Assembly: GCA_903813345.2 (NCBI GenBank)
Contig: CAIIXF020000001.1
Location: 868,001-932,000 of the forward strand
Direction: 5' to 3'
From: Owenia fusiformis
Lineage: Eukaryota
Length of the DNA: 64,000 nucleotides
A program made the translations under genes and the position numbers. This document shows, in pieces, positions 50,518 through 63,812 of the stretch; positions within the stretch are counted from its first letter, which is position 1, and every line of letters begins with the position of its first letter. The notes beneath the pieces were generated by a model. It made no database searches. It was not told the DNA's origin and saw only the letters and a program-made list of their open reading frames with translations.

Positions 50518-52532
50518 CAAACTTCAGAAATTGTACATATATCCTTCAGAGGTTCATTGCACATGTATACAAAGAAAAAAATACATATCCCAAAAAGTGA
50601 TTTACTAATTTCAATAAGAGGTAGGGCTAGCCAGAAGGCAAAGCATCGTGAATTGACTCCTACATTTCATTGGGTTTCATTGTTTAACTTTAACAGGCTA
50701 TAAAAAATTATTTTTATTCAAGCAATTTATTTACCAATTTATTGATTTCTAAATTTCTTTGTTTTTTGGTTACTTATGTTATTAGTTTCCCTGCTGAGGT
50801 CCTATTTTGCAAGCCCTCATGACATGACTGTCTCAAATGTTTCACCCTGTCAACTGTTTATGATATGTACAAACTCTTTACAAAACTTTGGTGGAAATCA
50901 TCAACATATAACATTCAATCTATCTACTATAAAAATTCAAGAAACCAAAATATCAGTTTTACCAAAAAGTTAACCTTCATTGAAATATTGGTTATGTTGA
51001 AACATGTTTTGTGATTATCAATGATTTTTATTACTTTTAATCATTTGTATCAACTTCATAATTTTTTATTTTATGTGATCCAATGATGTATCCATACATG
51101 TGTTACATATTTAGGCTGTGCTTTTAGATCACTGCACCACTTTCTCTTAAAATCATATTTTACACTGGAATAAAAATTCAAATTGACACATTTATATTTG
51201 CCACTGAAATTTCACAACATTTTAAAATAAAACATACTAAAATTGTATAGCAAAATGAGAATGTTTTCAGTTTAGACTGATTTTTGATACCATGATAGAA
51301 TTATTCTAAATTTGGCTCCTATTTATTACACAAGAATCCATGAATATTATATAAGAATCATGATGAATATTAAAAACTGAACATCCTGAAATCGTAAGCA
51401 TTATGTTTGTATCTCAACATTAAAATTCAAAATCAACATCATCTCTGGACATTTCTAGAATTCATTTTTATATTTACAGGTTTTGGCAGGTAAAAACCTA
51501 ATTGATAAATGATAGTGGCTGTATTGACAGTCAGTAAACTTCAGAAGCTATTATTGTTTAGTTTGCTACATATAATACACATACATACAAAAATTCTTGC
51601 TATTTTACACTTTAAAATTCAGAATATAACTGTGCCAACAAATTCAATTTAGGCTACTGAAAATATAAACGGCATATAAAATGTCAAGCTTCAATGAAAC
51701 AATTCCATTTTGTGAATATTATCAACAGCAGGCATAAGATTTGAGTCCTAGGAATCAAAGTCCTTTGTTCTTATGTCTTAAAATATCCAGAGGTACCATC
51801 AACTTTCCAGGCTTGCTGGACTAGAATAGGTGGCACTAGTGTTAAATAATGTTAAAACCCCATCAGGAGGAAGCCCTGCTCTAAGACAGTACCATCAGAG
51901 ATATTAAGCGGTATGATATGACCAGATTTAAGAAGAATCCATAGTGAGCCACTGACCAGACATCTCCTGCCTCCAATCATTGGTTGAGATACTTAATACA
52001 TAGAAGAGGTGAAATATTAGGCCGTTGAGTCAATAATACATCCCCATTACTATGGCAGCATCTCCAAATGTTTGATTAGATCATGGGCTATACCATGATA
52101 AGATATCCTGGATCAACCAATTTGTCTGCTAATATAACCTCAGAAAAGTACATTCAATTATATCATAACTTATAAGGCAAGAAGTGCCCCACTTTAATTC
52201 ATTCCAAATTTTTGGGTCTTATTTATTTCAAAGGCCATTTTTATCAATAGGCTTAAGCAATCCATAGGGCCTCAAATCATTTATAGGCCTTTTAGTGACC
52301 ATCCCTGGACAAGTGTAAGGTTGGTCTTGATCACTGAATATGCTCACTTCCAATCCAATGAACACCACTTTATTGGAGAACATTCCCAATTCTGTTTCTA
52401 TTACTGAGTGTCCTCCTATAGGCACATGGCTATTTGTCCAATGTGGGTGCTTAAGTACATGCTGTTTGCTTTTAAGGGGTGAGGGTCCTCCAGTTTGCAG
52501 TCTGGCTATAAGTCAGTGGCTGGTACAGTAGC

Positions 52533-55500
52533 CTATGGCCTGTGGAATCTGAAATGAGGAGTTTAAAAACATAAATAATAATGTATGTTGTCTTCAAAAC
52601 AATGTATCAAAGGATATTGTGTAATGAATCATGATTATTGTTTAATCTAAAATTATAACAGCAAGTGATATTTCTGATATTATGGAGATCAGTGTGATAT
52701 TCATTTTCAGAAAATCGTTTATCAGGCCCTTATGTGGCTGATAAATCCAATTTTGAATTTTTTAAATTCTTGATTGTAATCGTGTGATAAACCCAATATC
52801 AGATTATTTCTTGTGATATCATTTTATCACCTTGTAGATATCAAATATCAACCCTCATGTCATCTTGATATTTGATATCAACCCGTCAATAAAAATGACA
52901 TCACTCAAACTAATCTGATATTGTATATTTATCTTAACCTTGTGTGCTTTATTGTCAGGTTTTTAAAATCATTCATAATGCTCCATCTTTATTACATATC
53001 TAGCATTTATTAAAATTAGACATACCTCGTTAAATGTTTGCTCTCCTCATGGACTGCCATTTCTCCTGCCTTGAATTCATTTAATTCTTTCCTAATAGCA
53101 GCCTAAATAAAAATAAGAATGAACTGTCAGATACATAAAGGTAATTTGAAAAGTGAACCACTAAAACTGATGCATATTCACGTTTAAGGGAATTTTTTAA
53201 TACCCTGCCATGTTATTTCCCCCGAATCAGCCACCTGGTGGCGAAACTGGTAACTACCTTCTCGCATCTGAGTAATTGAATATGTTGCCGTATCTCATGG
53301 TTTAAAATAAAATATTATAGGAATATCATATGATTTTGAAAACATATATAATTTACAGGGCGTCAAATAAGTCTGTTCTCCCCCCTTAACTTTTTTAATT
53401 CAGAGATAACATAGGGTTTGTATATATCATCCTAAAGGGGATTTAATTTGCTGATCACACACCAAATTTCAGAGTGATTGGTTAAATTCCAAATTTTTTA
53501 AAGTATTTCTCGTGATGTCCATATTTCACTTTTTTAATAGTCTGTATGTCTCCCCTAGCAGCCTGGAGGGCCTCAATTCTACGAGGATATGATCCTGTAT
53601 AAATCACTCAGAACATTTAATTGTAGGTGTTATCAATTATTTTGTGATGAAAGATGCCCCTGCTTCAAAGGCTCCCCTGAATGTAACACATTTTACTCTG
53701 TTATGATATTATTATATTGAGAAACATCGAAACCACCCAATGTTGGCATTGTCACTGCAGTATCAACTTTTCACTTTTCATTCATTATACCTGGTAATTT
53801 TACTTGTTTTGAAGTAATCAACGGTCAACTACAACCTTACAAGAAACATTGTAGCAATTTTATTAGGAGGAGTTTATGATTGATTTTTTGAGGGTGATCA
53901 GCATTTTCCATGAGCTTCAAAATGATATATGGGAAAGTATGATAAAAAAGATAAAAAAGTTAAGGGGGGAGAACAGACTTATTTGACACCCTGTATATCC
54001 ATGAGTTGATATAACTGATATTTTTTCAAAACCATTGTCTTCCATGCAAAATTAATACCCCGTGAATATTGAATAATCAGATAAAAAATGAAAATTTTGA
54101 AAAAAATTGTTTTGCAGAATTAAAAAATATTACGAAAGATGTTTATGTTTACCAATATAACCCAGGTTTGTATAATAAAATTGGTAAAGTACATAACACA
54201 GTCCAGTCCAAGACTGAGTGAATATATCATCCATAAAAGACAATATAATCAACAACACTATTCACTTGCTACATTTTATACTGATTGAACACTCAAGCTT
54301 CAGTCTTGTGTTTTGAGCTGTTTACAATGAAACCTAATATGGCCTTCTAATTCATATAAACTTAATAAAATGATGGTACCTTATCTCTAGGGGTGAGGCG
54401 GGTCCAGGGCTTGTCCCCCCTCCTGTCATACGGCTCGCACTGCGTCACCTCAACGTAATCATTGAACTTTATGATCTTGCGCTCTTTTAATTCTTCAACT
54501 GTAGGTCTAAAACTTAACTGAAAAATAAAATGTAAATTAAGTAGAAGATTAATTAAGAAGAAGTCCTATTTTTGTATATTTCTACTCATGAGTTCTTCGT
54601 TCATGTTGGTCATATGTTAATATCATGGGAGAAAAATTTACTAAATGCTTTTAAAACTAAGAATCTATAGGTTGATTTTAAAGTACTAATTAGTAATTCC
54701 CATGTTATGAGGCAGATGCACAGCATGTGGGATTCTCAGTTAGGGGTTGTTTTTCTGATATCAATTAACAATATTTTGTACCTTTCGTATTAAAGTTCTC
54801 TTTTTCTCTTCTATGTCACGCCGTACTTGCTCTTCTGTCTGGCCTAAAACGAGACACTCAAATGAAACAGCAAATCAAATCAATTACATTTATCATTAAT
54901 AGAATACGAACTCTTTTTAAAGATAACCAAAAAACTAATTTCCAAGTTGGAGTGTATTTTTCAAGATATCAACTCTGATTTGCTTTCCAAAATATTTCCG
55001 TCAAACATAAATAATGGCACATTTCATGCACATATGGATGGTGAATCCTTATTTAAACGTAACCTTTTTTACCTAAAACACAATTTTCCATGTAAGGATG
55101 AGGTGGAAACTGAAAAGTGTTTTTATATTTTTGTTTAGGACTCTCCTTTAGTGTTTCCCCTTGTTCTTTGTTTTTATCTTTCACAGCTTCTAGCCAGGTA
55201 TAGGAGTCGTGGTAATGGTGGTGGATTTCATTTGGACTGTTTGAGCAGATAAGGAAGCTCTCTGTCTCATTATGGACGGGAACAACACCGCAACACACTG
55301 CAGCTTTACGATGTCGTTCCATGTTCGATCTTGCCATCCAATCATCATCCAGGATATTATTTTTCATTTCATCAAGGGCATTTTCCAGAGCTTCATTTAT
55401 GTTAGCTACATTGTCCCCTTTCTGTTCCCCAAAACAACCAGATGTGTCCAAGTCTAACTCTTCTAATACCTGACCAAGGAGATCAGTCAGCGGAAGAGTG

Positions 55501-58500
55501 CAGCCATTCTTACGATTCATCAGTTTTATTGTACGATTACCTCCTTCGAATAACATGGTGAATAATTTATTTTTATACTTCACGTCACCATTTTTCCTAG
55601 TTATTTCAGGACTCTGGTCCAGGGGAACATACTCCGAAGATTCCAAGATTTTCCCTGGCTCCACATCTGAATGTTGTAGCTTCCTTAATGTGTTTGTCAT
55701 TTGTTTATCACAACTCATTCCTAGTTTTCTATTCGTGTCCATCATTACTCTGCCGTCTATCTTAGGTAATAATAAACATGCCATGTGGTTTTAATAATTG
55801 CCCAGTATGTAGAATACCAATGTGGAGTATATGCTCTTACTGTTAGTATACAGTGTGCTCAAATAATACTCAAATATCTGTTAGTAGATATTGTGCTCAA
55901 ATAATACTCAAATATCCAAGATTTGTATTCTCTCAAATCTAAAATCCTTATATGTGATTCTGCTCATGACAAGTTTCATAATATCTTACTGCGCTAATTG
56001 CATCCTTTCTTATGTACACCTTCTAGCTATTGTGAGTGGAGTCTCCATAGCAACTATACATGCACTTTGATTGTGATGTGATATCACAATGTTTTTTTAT
56101 GTATAAAATTTGATGATTGTTGCAAGCATGATTGGTTACAATAGCATGTCTGAGTTTCATTTAGGTTTCTTAATTGTTGCTATAACACAATAAAATCAAT
56201 GTTTTTGCAATAAAATGAAGAAAAGATGCATTCTATGAAAGATAATTTGAATAACTTGATACTTACAATGTAAAATGTTTCTTTGTTCTAATTCTTCTAA
56301 AGTAGGTCGTAAACTAAGTCTCCTGCAAACACAAACAACAACTGCATTTCAGTAATTTTCCAATTTATAAATACCAATTCAATTTATTAAAGTTAATCCA
56401 CTCGATCAAACACTAATTATAATGTAATGCATCACAGCAATGTATCACAATAATGCACAACAGTAATGCATCATGGCAATGTATCACAATAATGCACCAC
56501 AGTAATGCATCGCACCAATATACCACAGTAATGCACAACAGTGATGTACAGTTTTATACAGTTATGCACCTTAGCAGTGCAACACAGTAATGCACCACAG
56601 TAATGCATCACAGCAATATACCACAGTAACGCATCGCACCAATATACCACAGTAATGCACCACAGTGATGTACCACAGCAATGCAACACAGTGATGTACC
56701 ACAGTAATGCATAACAGTAATAACACACAGTACAACACAGCCCCTTTGGGCAATCTGCATGTCAAATTCCAAACACTCCTGGGTGTGGGGGGTCTCATGG
56801 AAACCTTTGTTTGGTGTATTATTCTTGAAGAACATTGGACATATTACATAATAACATTTTACACATACCGAGTCAATGTACTGCCTATTTTTTTTTTAAT
56901 ATCTTCTTTTTCTGTATCACTTTTTTGTGGTATGATATTGCGATCTTGCAGTTCTTTCATGGCTGGACGCTGGCTTAGAAATCGTGCTAAACTGTCCTGT
57001 CGTGACACCTTGGCTGCAAGTGATGACACTGGAAAACAAAATGTCAAATTCATTACCCAATACTTTGCAATTCATAGTAAGCCATATCATTAAGAGCTGC
57101 TCCTGGTTTGGGGTTATTAGAATATATATCATCATAAACGCATGGGAATTTCATCTGTTTAAGCTAAATGTACATGGTTGCCATGACGCACGCCTCCTGA
57201 AATTAGCAAAACTTGAAAAGTGATTACAGTACTGAAAATAGCAAAATCTATGAGGTGAATGTCTTCTGTTTAAAGCTTTGAAATTTTCTGAAAAGGTGTT
57301 TATTTAGTCAAAAGATTCAGTGGGGCGAAGTGTGCTTAGCTTTCAAAATGTGTTAAGAGGATAATATCTTTATCTGATCAGAACATGGATTCATTTTTTC
57401 TGAATTCTGACAATAAACCAAGAAAATCACAACCCACTGTCACGTTTCTCCACATGTATACAATCTAAGTTCCCATAATGCAATTCTACTCACTAGGGGC
57501 ATCATCATCATCTTCATCTCGGTATTTGATTTCTCCGTCATCTGATGATGAATCGTCTCCTGGAACATTGTCATAGTCTGTGTGTCCTGGCGCAACAGGT
57601 GTCACTCTTGGTACAGGTGCAAAACCAACATGCACAGAGGAACTTGGAACATTTTCTTTATTTTCTTCAATAGTACCGGTACTAAAAATATATTCAGCAA
57701 AACTTATTGATATTAAATTCAATATTTTGGGGTAATTAAGGAATTTTTGACTTTTCTGAAAATGAGAATCAAAATACAAAATAATAAGCAATCTCCCTAA
57801 AAACAACAATATTGTGTTTAAAGAAGATCCAAAACATCTTCTATATAAATAGAAATATAATTAACAAGTGTTATTGGCATTTTATGCTGGCACCTGAAAT
57901 ATTTTGCCTTTTAGTCATAATAATTAAAATAAATAAAAAAAGTACTTACTTAGATGCTGGCCTTCTGGCTATCCTAGGTTTAGGGGCAGTGGCTGGCCGT
58001 TGTTTCTGTATAGTAGTAGGGGGCGGCATAGGGGGTGGATTAGCACCTGCAGAAGAGACACTCAAGTATTACAATAACTTTTAAAAGTTATTATTACATA
58101 CCTCATATGTATTCTATACGCTTATTGGTCAATTCATGGTCACATGATATGAAATAGATAGACTAATTCCCTGGAAAGTACTTAATCCCCGCTTTCGCAG
58201 ATTACGGGGAAGATAAAAGCTACTAATGACCGATGACATCATTGAAATCCCAGGAAAACGACTGCGCATCATTAGTGCGCATTCAAAGTTCAGTTCAGAC
58301 GACAATATGGCTGGTCGTTTCGAAACGATAAATGACGATGATTTGGATGAATTGATGGACCAAGCCGATTCTTTGGCTACAAAAAACATTATCAAATCTT
58401 CAAGGAAACTCTTTGAAGAGTACTGTGGAGAAACTAACTGCGATGCTGACTCAGACAATCCAGAAATGATAGGATCTATATTGGAGAAATTTTGGAGGGC

Positions 58501-61500
58501 CTGCCGGAAACAAGAAATGTCTTAATATTTTTTATTTGGAATACATATGAGGTATGTAATAAAACAAATAGTGACTGCCAAATTTTCGAGCAATAGGGCA
58601 AACTATTTTCCCCTTGGGAATATCCTGTCCACTGACATTCTTTTGTATATATATTAGAAAGTGGGATATTAAACCACTGAAAAGCCAAGTAAATTAAAAA
58701 AATGTTCTTTATTTTCAGAACATACCTTTTAATGCACTTTTGACAGGTTTCTTATTCAGGTCAGGTTCACGTGAAGGCACCTCTGTAAATGATGTAGTGG
58801 AGAGACCAACAGTTGGCATGTGTTCATCTCCTGCTAAAACACAGTTCAATTCATTGTCAGTACAATTCATTAAAGTCACAAATGTAAATGATGTAGTGGA
58901 GAGACCAACAGTTGGCATGTGTTCATCTCCTGCTAAAACACAGTTCAATTCATTGTCAGTACAATTCATTAAAGTCACAAATGTAAATGATGTAGTGGAG
59001 AGACCAACAGTTGGCATATGTTCATCTCCTGCTAAAACACAGTTCAATTCATTGTCAGTACAATTCATTAAAGTCACATCTGTAAATGATGTAATAGTGA
59101 AGAGACCAAAATTTGGCATGTGTTCATCCTCTGCTAATTACAGTACAATTCATTGTCATTATATTTCATCGTCAATACAATTCATTGTCAGTAGTATTCC
59201 ATTTCATTGTCACAACAATTCATTGAGAACAAAAAAGTTGGCACAGTGTACTGTCAGTAAAATTCATTAAGGTAGTTGTATACTGGCAATAGACGACTCA
59301 ATGCTATAGCATAGGAGCAGTGATTTGATGAGTGTTCAGCTTTAGGTCAAATAAATTTTGTGATAACACACTTTTGAAAAATTAGTTTCTTACTTTATAT
59401 GGACACATAACTCTAATGGATATAATGAATCATATCCAGTAATAGCATTTTAAGTGTATCTTTGTTGCACTGTACATAAAGAGCAAAATATTTACATTAA
59501 CAAAAATCGTAAATTAAAAAATTGTATTTTCCAAGGAGCAACAGTAAACAAAAAGTCAATCATTTTGTTTTCTTAAAATTAATTTTAATCTTCCCCATGG
59601 AAAAAATTCAAGAAATCATTTTCAATTTTGGAGATAATAATACAGCCTTTTAATCCACTACTCTACTATTCCTTAACATGTAAATCAAAATGTTTTCTAG
59701 CTTTAGGCCTTTAGGTGGGTATACAGCAATCAAGATTCTAGAGCAATGTATTGGTCAGTGGATACATACCATTGATACAGATGTCAGCCTTTAACAAACA
59801 TGATTTTCCAAGTATAAACAGTAGACTGAATTCAGTTGGACGTATGTAAATCTTAAAAATCCACACTTATATTTTTTATTCATATTTTTTTATTTAATTT
59901 CAAGATATGTTTATTTGGCATACCTGTGGTATGGACAACTGGGAGGACTTTGGTCACAGGAGGTTCTGGTGGGGGGTAGTTAGGGACCTCTGGCGAACCA
60001 GGCTGTATTACTGGGGGAGGGGATGTCACAACTTCCTGTGTGGGTGGAGGGTAGCTTGGTAGATTGTCATAATCTTCTGAATTCTGAGTACCATTTAAAG
60101 TGATAGGCCGAGTAACTGATGTAACTTCTACTGAAAAAATAAATAGTTCAAATTACTACTTATTAAGTTTAATAAACCTTTTTTCTGAATAAAATGCTTA
60201 ATAAAAATCACAATCACAAAAAAAGAATAAAATGTAACATGAGGCTTACTCGAAAAACAGGCAAGGATGAGTCCTATTTCTAATAACTAAACTGAGAGGA
60301 CAGAAGGTGATTCAACCATGTTTCATTATTTTCAAATGAAGATGTGATAATTGAATAATCAAATATTGCAATATCATCTCACAAGAGCTGTTTCTGTATA
60401 TATTATCATCATTATTGTTCTCATGATTGGCAAGAAAATATGAAAATTTTATTTTGTCTTTTTGTTTATTTACATTATTGAATTATGCTGAATAATCATA
60501 ATACGGACATCGCAACAGATTTAATCCCTTATATACTCCACTCATTAGAGGTACAGTAGTACTTTGTTCTATAATTGTATAATTCATTTATTAAACAAAA
60601 CCAAGCATTTAGACCTTGTATTCCTGAAATACCTGCTCTCAAGGTCATTGCCACTTTGTATACTGCTGCACAAACAATGGTTAGATGCAAGAGGGACTGA
60701 TTGGTGGGGTAGCCCCAAGAAGGAGGAGACTAAGAACCTGATTGGTGGGGTAGCCCCAAGAAGGAGGAGACTAAGAACCTGATTGGTGGGGTAACCCCAA
60801 TGAAGAATGAGACTAAGAACCTAATTGGTGGGGTAACCCCAATGAAGGATGAGACTAAGAACCTGATTGGTGGGGTAGCCCCAAGAAGGATGAGACTAAG
60901 AACCTGATTGGTGGGGTAACCCCAATGAAGAATTAGACTAAAAACCTGATTGGTGGGGTAGCCCCAATGAAGGATGAGACTAAGAACCTGATTGGTGGGG
61001 TAACCCCAATGAAGGATGAGACTAAGAACCTGATTGGTGGGGTAACCCCAATGAAGGATGAGACTAAGAACCTGATTGGTGGGGTAACCCCAATGAAGGA
61101 TGAGACTAAGAACCTGATTGGTGGGGTAACCCCAATGAAGGATGAGACTAAGAACCTGATTGGTGGGGTAACCCCTAGAAGGATGAGACTAAGTACCTGA
61201 TTGGTGGGGTAACCCCAATGAAGGATGAGACTAAGTACCTGATTGGTGGGGTAACCCCAATGAAGGATGAGACTAAGAACCTGATTGGTAGGGTAACCCC
61301 AATGAAGGATGAGACTAAGAACCTGATTGGTGGGGTAACCCCTAGAAGGATGAGACTAAGTACCTGATTGGTGGGGTAACCCCTAGAAGGATGAGACTAA
61401 GTACCTGATTGGTGGGGTAACCCCAATGAAGGATGAGACTAAGAACCTTTTGGTGGGGTAACCCCAAAGAAGAATGAGACTAAGAACCTAATTGGTGGGG

Positions 61501-62691
61501 TAACCCTGAATGAAGGATGAGACTAAGAACCTGATTGGTGGGGTAACCCCAAGAAGGAGGAGACTAAGAACCTGATTGGTGGGGTAGCCCCAAGAAGGAT
61601 GAGACTAAGAACCTGATTGGTGGGGTAGCCCCAATGAAGAATGAGACTAAGAACCTGATTGGTGGGGTAACCCTGAATGAAGAATGAGACTAAGAACCTG
61701 ATTGGTGGGGTAACCCCAAGAAGGATGAGACTAAGAACCTGATTGGTGGGGTAACCCCAATGAAGGATGAGACTAAGAACCTGATTGGTGGGGTAACCCC
61801 AATGAAGGATTAGACTAAGAACCCGATTGGTGGGGTAACCCCAAGAAGGATGAGACTAAGAACCTGATTGGTGGGGTAACCCTGAATGAAGGATGAGACT
61901 AAGAACCTGATTGGTGGGGTAACCCCAAGAAGGATGAGACTAAGAACCTGATTGGTGGGGTACCCCCAAGAAGGATGAGACTAAGAACCTGATTGGTGGG
62001 GTAACCCTGAATGAAGGATGAGACTAAGAACCTGATTGGTGGGGTAACCCCAAGAAGGATGAGACTAAGAACCTGATTGGTGGGGTACCCCCAAGAAGGA
62101 TGAGACTAAGAACCGGATTGGTGGGATAATCCCATATTTATCACATTCAGACAAACATGAAATATAAAGATTGACATGCATGCCACATAAATCAGTGCAG
62201 TGGCTCACCTGTGTCTTTCTGTTGGATTATTGTTACAGGAGGCACACTTTCCTGTCCATCTCCCTGACCTACTGTCACATTTATAGTCTCTATGTGGACC
62301 CCTGTACCACCATTCTTATCAGGGGGCTCTGAGTTGTGAACTGTCGTAATGGGAGGCACTTCTGGTGTGCTTACTGCAATAACAAATATAGAGTTCCCAG
62401 CTTGGGTGCAAACAACTAACAAAATATACTAGACACAATATTTGATCCCGTTATTCTAATTTTATATTAAGCATCATAAAGCATTTGTTATGAGAGACAA
62501 ATTAACTCATACTGCTATATAAACTGTACCTTGATTGTCTTTGGCCTGCGATACAACATCAGCTTCTGTAGTGACAGTTGTCGTTTTGGGTTGAGTGTCA
62601 CCCTCAACACTGGGCTCCCCTGCCCCTCCACTCACCCGGGAATCTGCATTGTCTGGAACTGGACCAGCTCCATTCTTCTCTTTGGAAGACT
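52533..62691 (-). CDS. PHACTR: Phosphatase and actin regulator (RPEL repeats plus PP1-binding C-terminus); 5' exons beyond the right edge
   Basis: Exons 62691-62530, 62373-62209, 60130-59924, 58830-58726, 58046-57950, 57681-57494, 57028-56869, 56322-56267, 54843-54782, 54517-54380, 53102-53026, 52548-52533 splice in frame. Motifs [81 protein letters not shown] and TRFHRP*. Confidence 0.93.
53356..53993. mobile_element. Tc1/mariner-type MITE
   Basis: TA|CAGGGCGTCAAATAAGTCTGTTCTCCCCCCTTAAC...GTTAAGGGGGGAGAACAGACTTATTTGACACCCTG|TA. Confidence 0.9.
55073..55784 (-). CDS. candidate alternative first coding exon of a short PHACTR isoform
   Basis: ATG-initiated ORF of 237 codons up to TTAG|GTAAAA, a phase-1 donor that matches the phase-1 acceptor at 54843. 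No repeat or transposon motifs recognised. Confidence 0.6.
56425..56740. repeat. low-complexity (CACAGTAATGCA-like) tandem repeat
   Basis: Degenerate 13-14 bp periodicity. Confidence 0.8.
58091..58645 (+). mobile_element. Crypton-derived non-autonomous element with a truncated ORF
   Basis: 24-bp IR TTATTACATACCTCATATGTATTC (58091) and GAATACATATGAGGTATGTAATAA (ending 58562). The [42 protein letters not shown]...[12 protein letters not shown] resembles the CryptonA/DUF3504-type N-terminus as recalled. Confidence 0.6.
58784..59155. repeat. 99-bp tandem repeat of a PHACTR intron/exon junction
   Basis: About 3.7 copies, each with TTAGCAG|GAGATGAACAC on the minus strand (outermost copy CAG|AGGATGAACAC). 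Confidence 0.9.
60697..62132. repeat. 38-39-bp minisatellite (about 37 copies)
   Basis: Unit ACTAAGAACCTGATTGGTGGGGTAACCCCAATGAAGGATGAG, head-to-tail with no unique spacers. Confidence 0.95.
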
Positions 62692-63204
62692 CTGGAAATA
62701 TGCAAATACATCAAATATTGTGAAATGAAAGAACATCTTGTACATACAATGTTAAACTGAATCTAAATGTACTTGACTGTTCTGAAGCTTAAAGCACAGC
62801 TTTATCTAGTCTTATAAGTTTACCTGAACTCTTATGTTATTTTCATTATGACTTGAATCAATAATCTTTCATATAAACATTGATGATATGCTATTGTTAG
62901 CAACAGATACTATCACTTCCCTATATACTGTATGATTATTGAAGTGCTTCATAAAATTAAACACTGAATCATTACTGACTACACTACACTACATGAATTG
63001 CTTGAAGTTCTTTGTATTCTTGGAAGCATTAACACAGAACAGGAACATAAGCAGTGAAATATGTGTGTTGCACTTTATATAATGATTAATACAAAATATA
63101 TTACGGCAAATAAGCTGTACATTAAATTATTGTGTAGGTTAACCTCTGCTTATGAAACAAAGATTTGATTGATAAATAATTAATTTCTCGCAGAAATGCA
63201 CCAG

Positions 63205-63812
63205 GGGGTCTTTAACAGAACTTTCGTAAAGTTACGAATTCGCAAGTCAATTGTTAATTTTACGAATTTGGTAAATGTGCATTAACAGAACTTTCGTAAA
63301 GTTACGAACGATTCGCAAAGTTACGAAAAAATGACGTCACGTATGCTTTCGTTCGTAACTTTAATAGCACCTCAGACCCTTTCATAACTTTGCGAATGAC
63401 ACATTTCTCATCCAATTCTTATGTAAGGTATACAGGTTGGCAAAAAGAAATTGTTCTCTATACGCATGCTGAGTTTCAAGCTAAAATATCTACCTATTCT
63501 TACATGATAAGCAAATATGTTCCTGAGCTGGGAATCTTTGAAATCGCGGAGACAGGTTTGATCACAGCGCGCAATGATATCAAATGACATCATATTTTTA
63601 TTTGTGCTAAATAATAATATAAGATGACGTCACAATTTGAAATTCGTTTACGAACAATAAAACTTATGAATGACTTACGAAAGTGTTCTGTTAATGGCCG
63701 ATTCGTAACTTTATGAATTCGTAAATCATTCGTAACTTTTTAAATATTTACGAATTTCATAAAGTTACGAATTACGAATTCGTAACTCTGCGAAAGTTCT
63801 GTTAATGACCCC
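63205..63812. mobile_element. PIF/Harbinger-like MITE
   Basis: CAG|GGGGTCTTTAACAGAACTTTCG...CGAAAGTTCTGTTAATGACCCC|CAG (3-bp TSD); subterminal TTACGAA/TTCGTAA repeats. Confidence 0.8.

Noticed and set aside
56471-56835. Cys/His-rich ORFs
   Set aside because: Translations of a low-complexity tandem repeat.
60697-62132. CRISPR-like array of 38-39 bp palindromic repeats
   Set aside because: Units are head-to-tail with no unique spacers, there are no cas genes, and the context is a eukaryotic intron. The same applies to 50149-50517 and 13133-14494.
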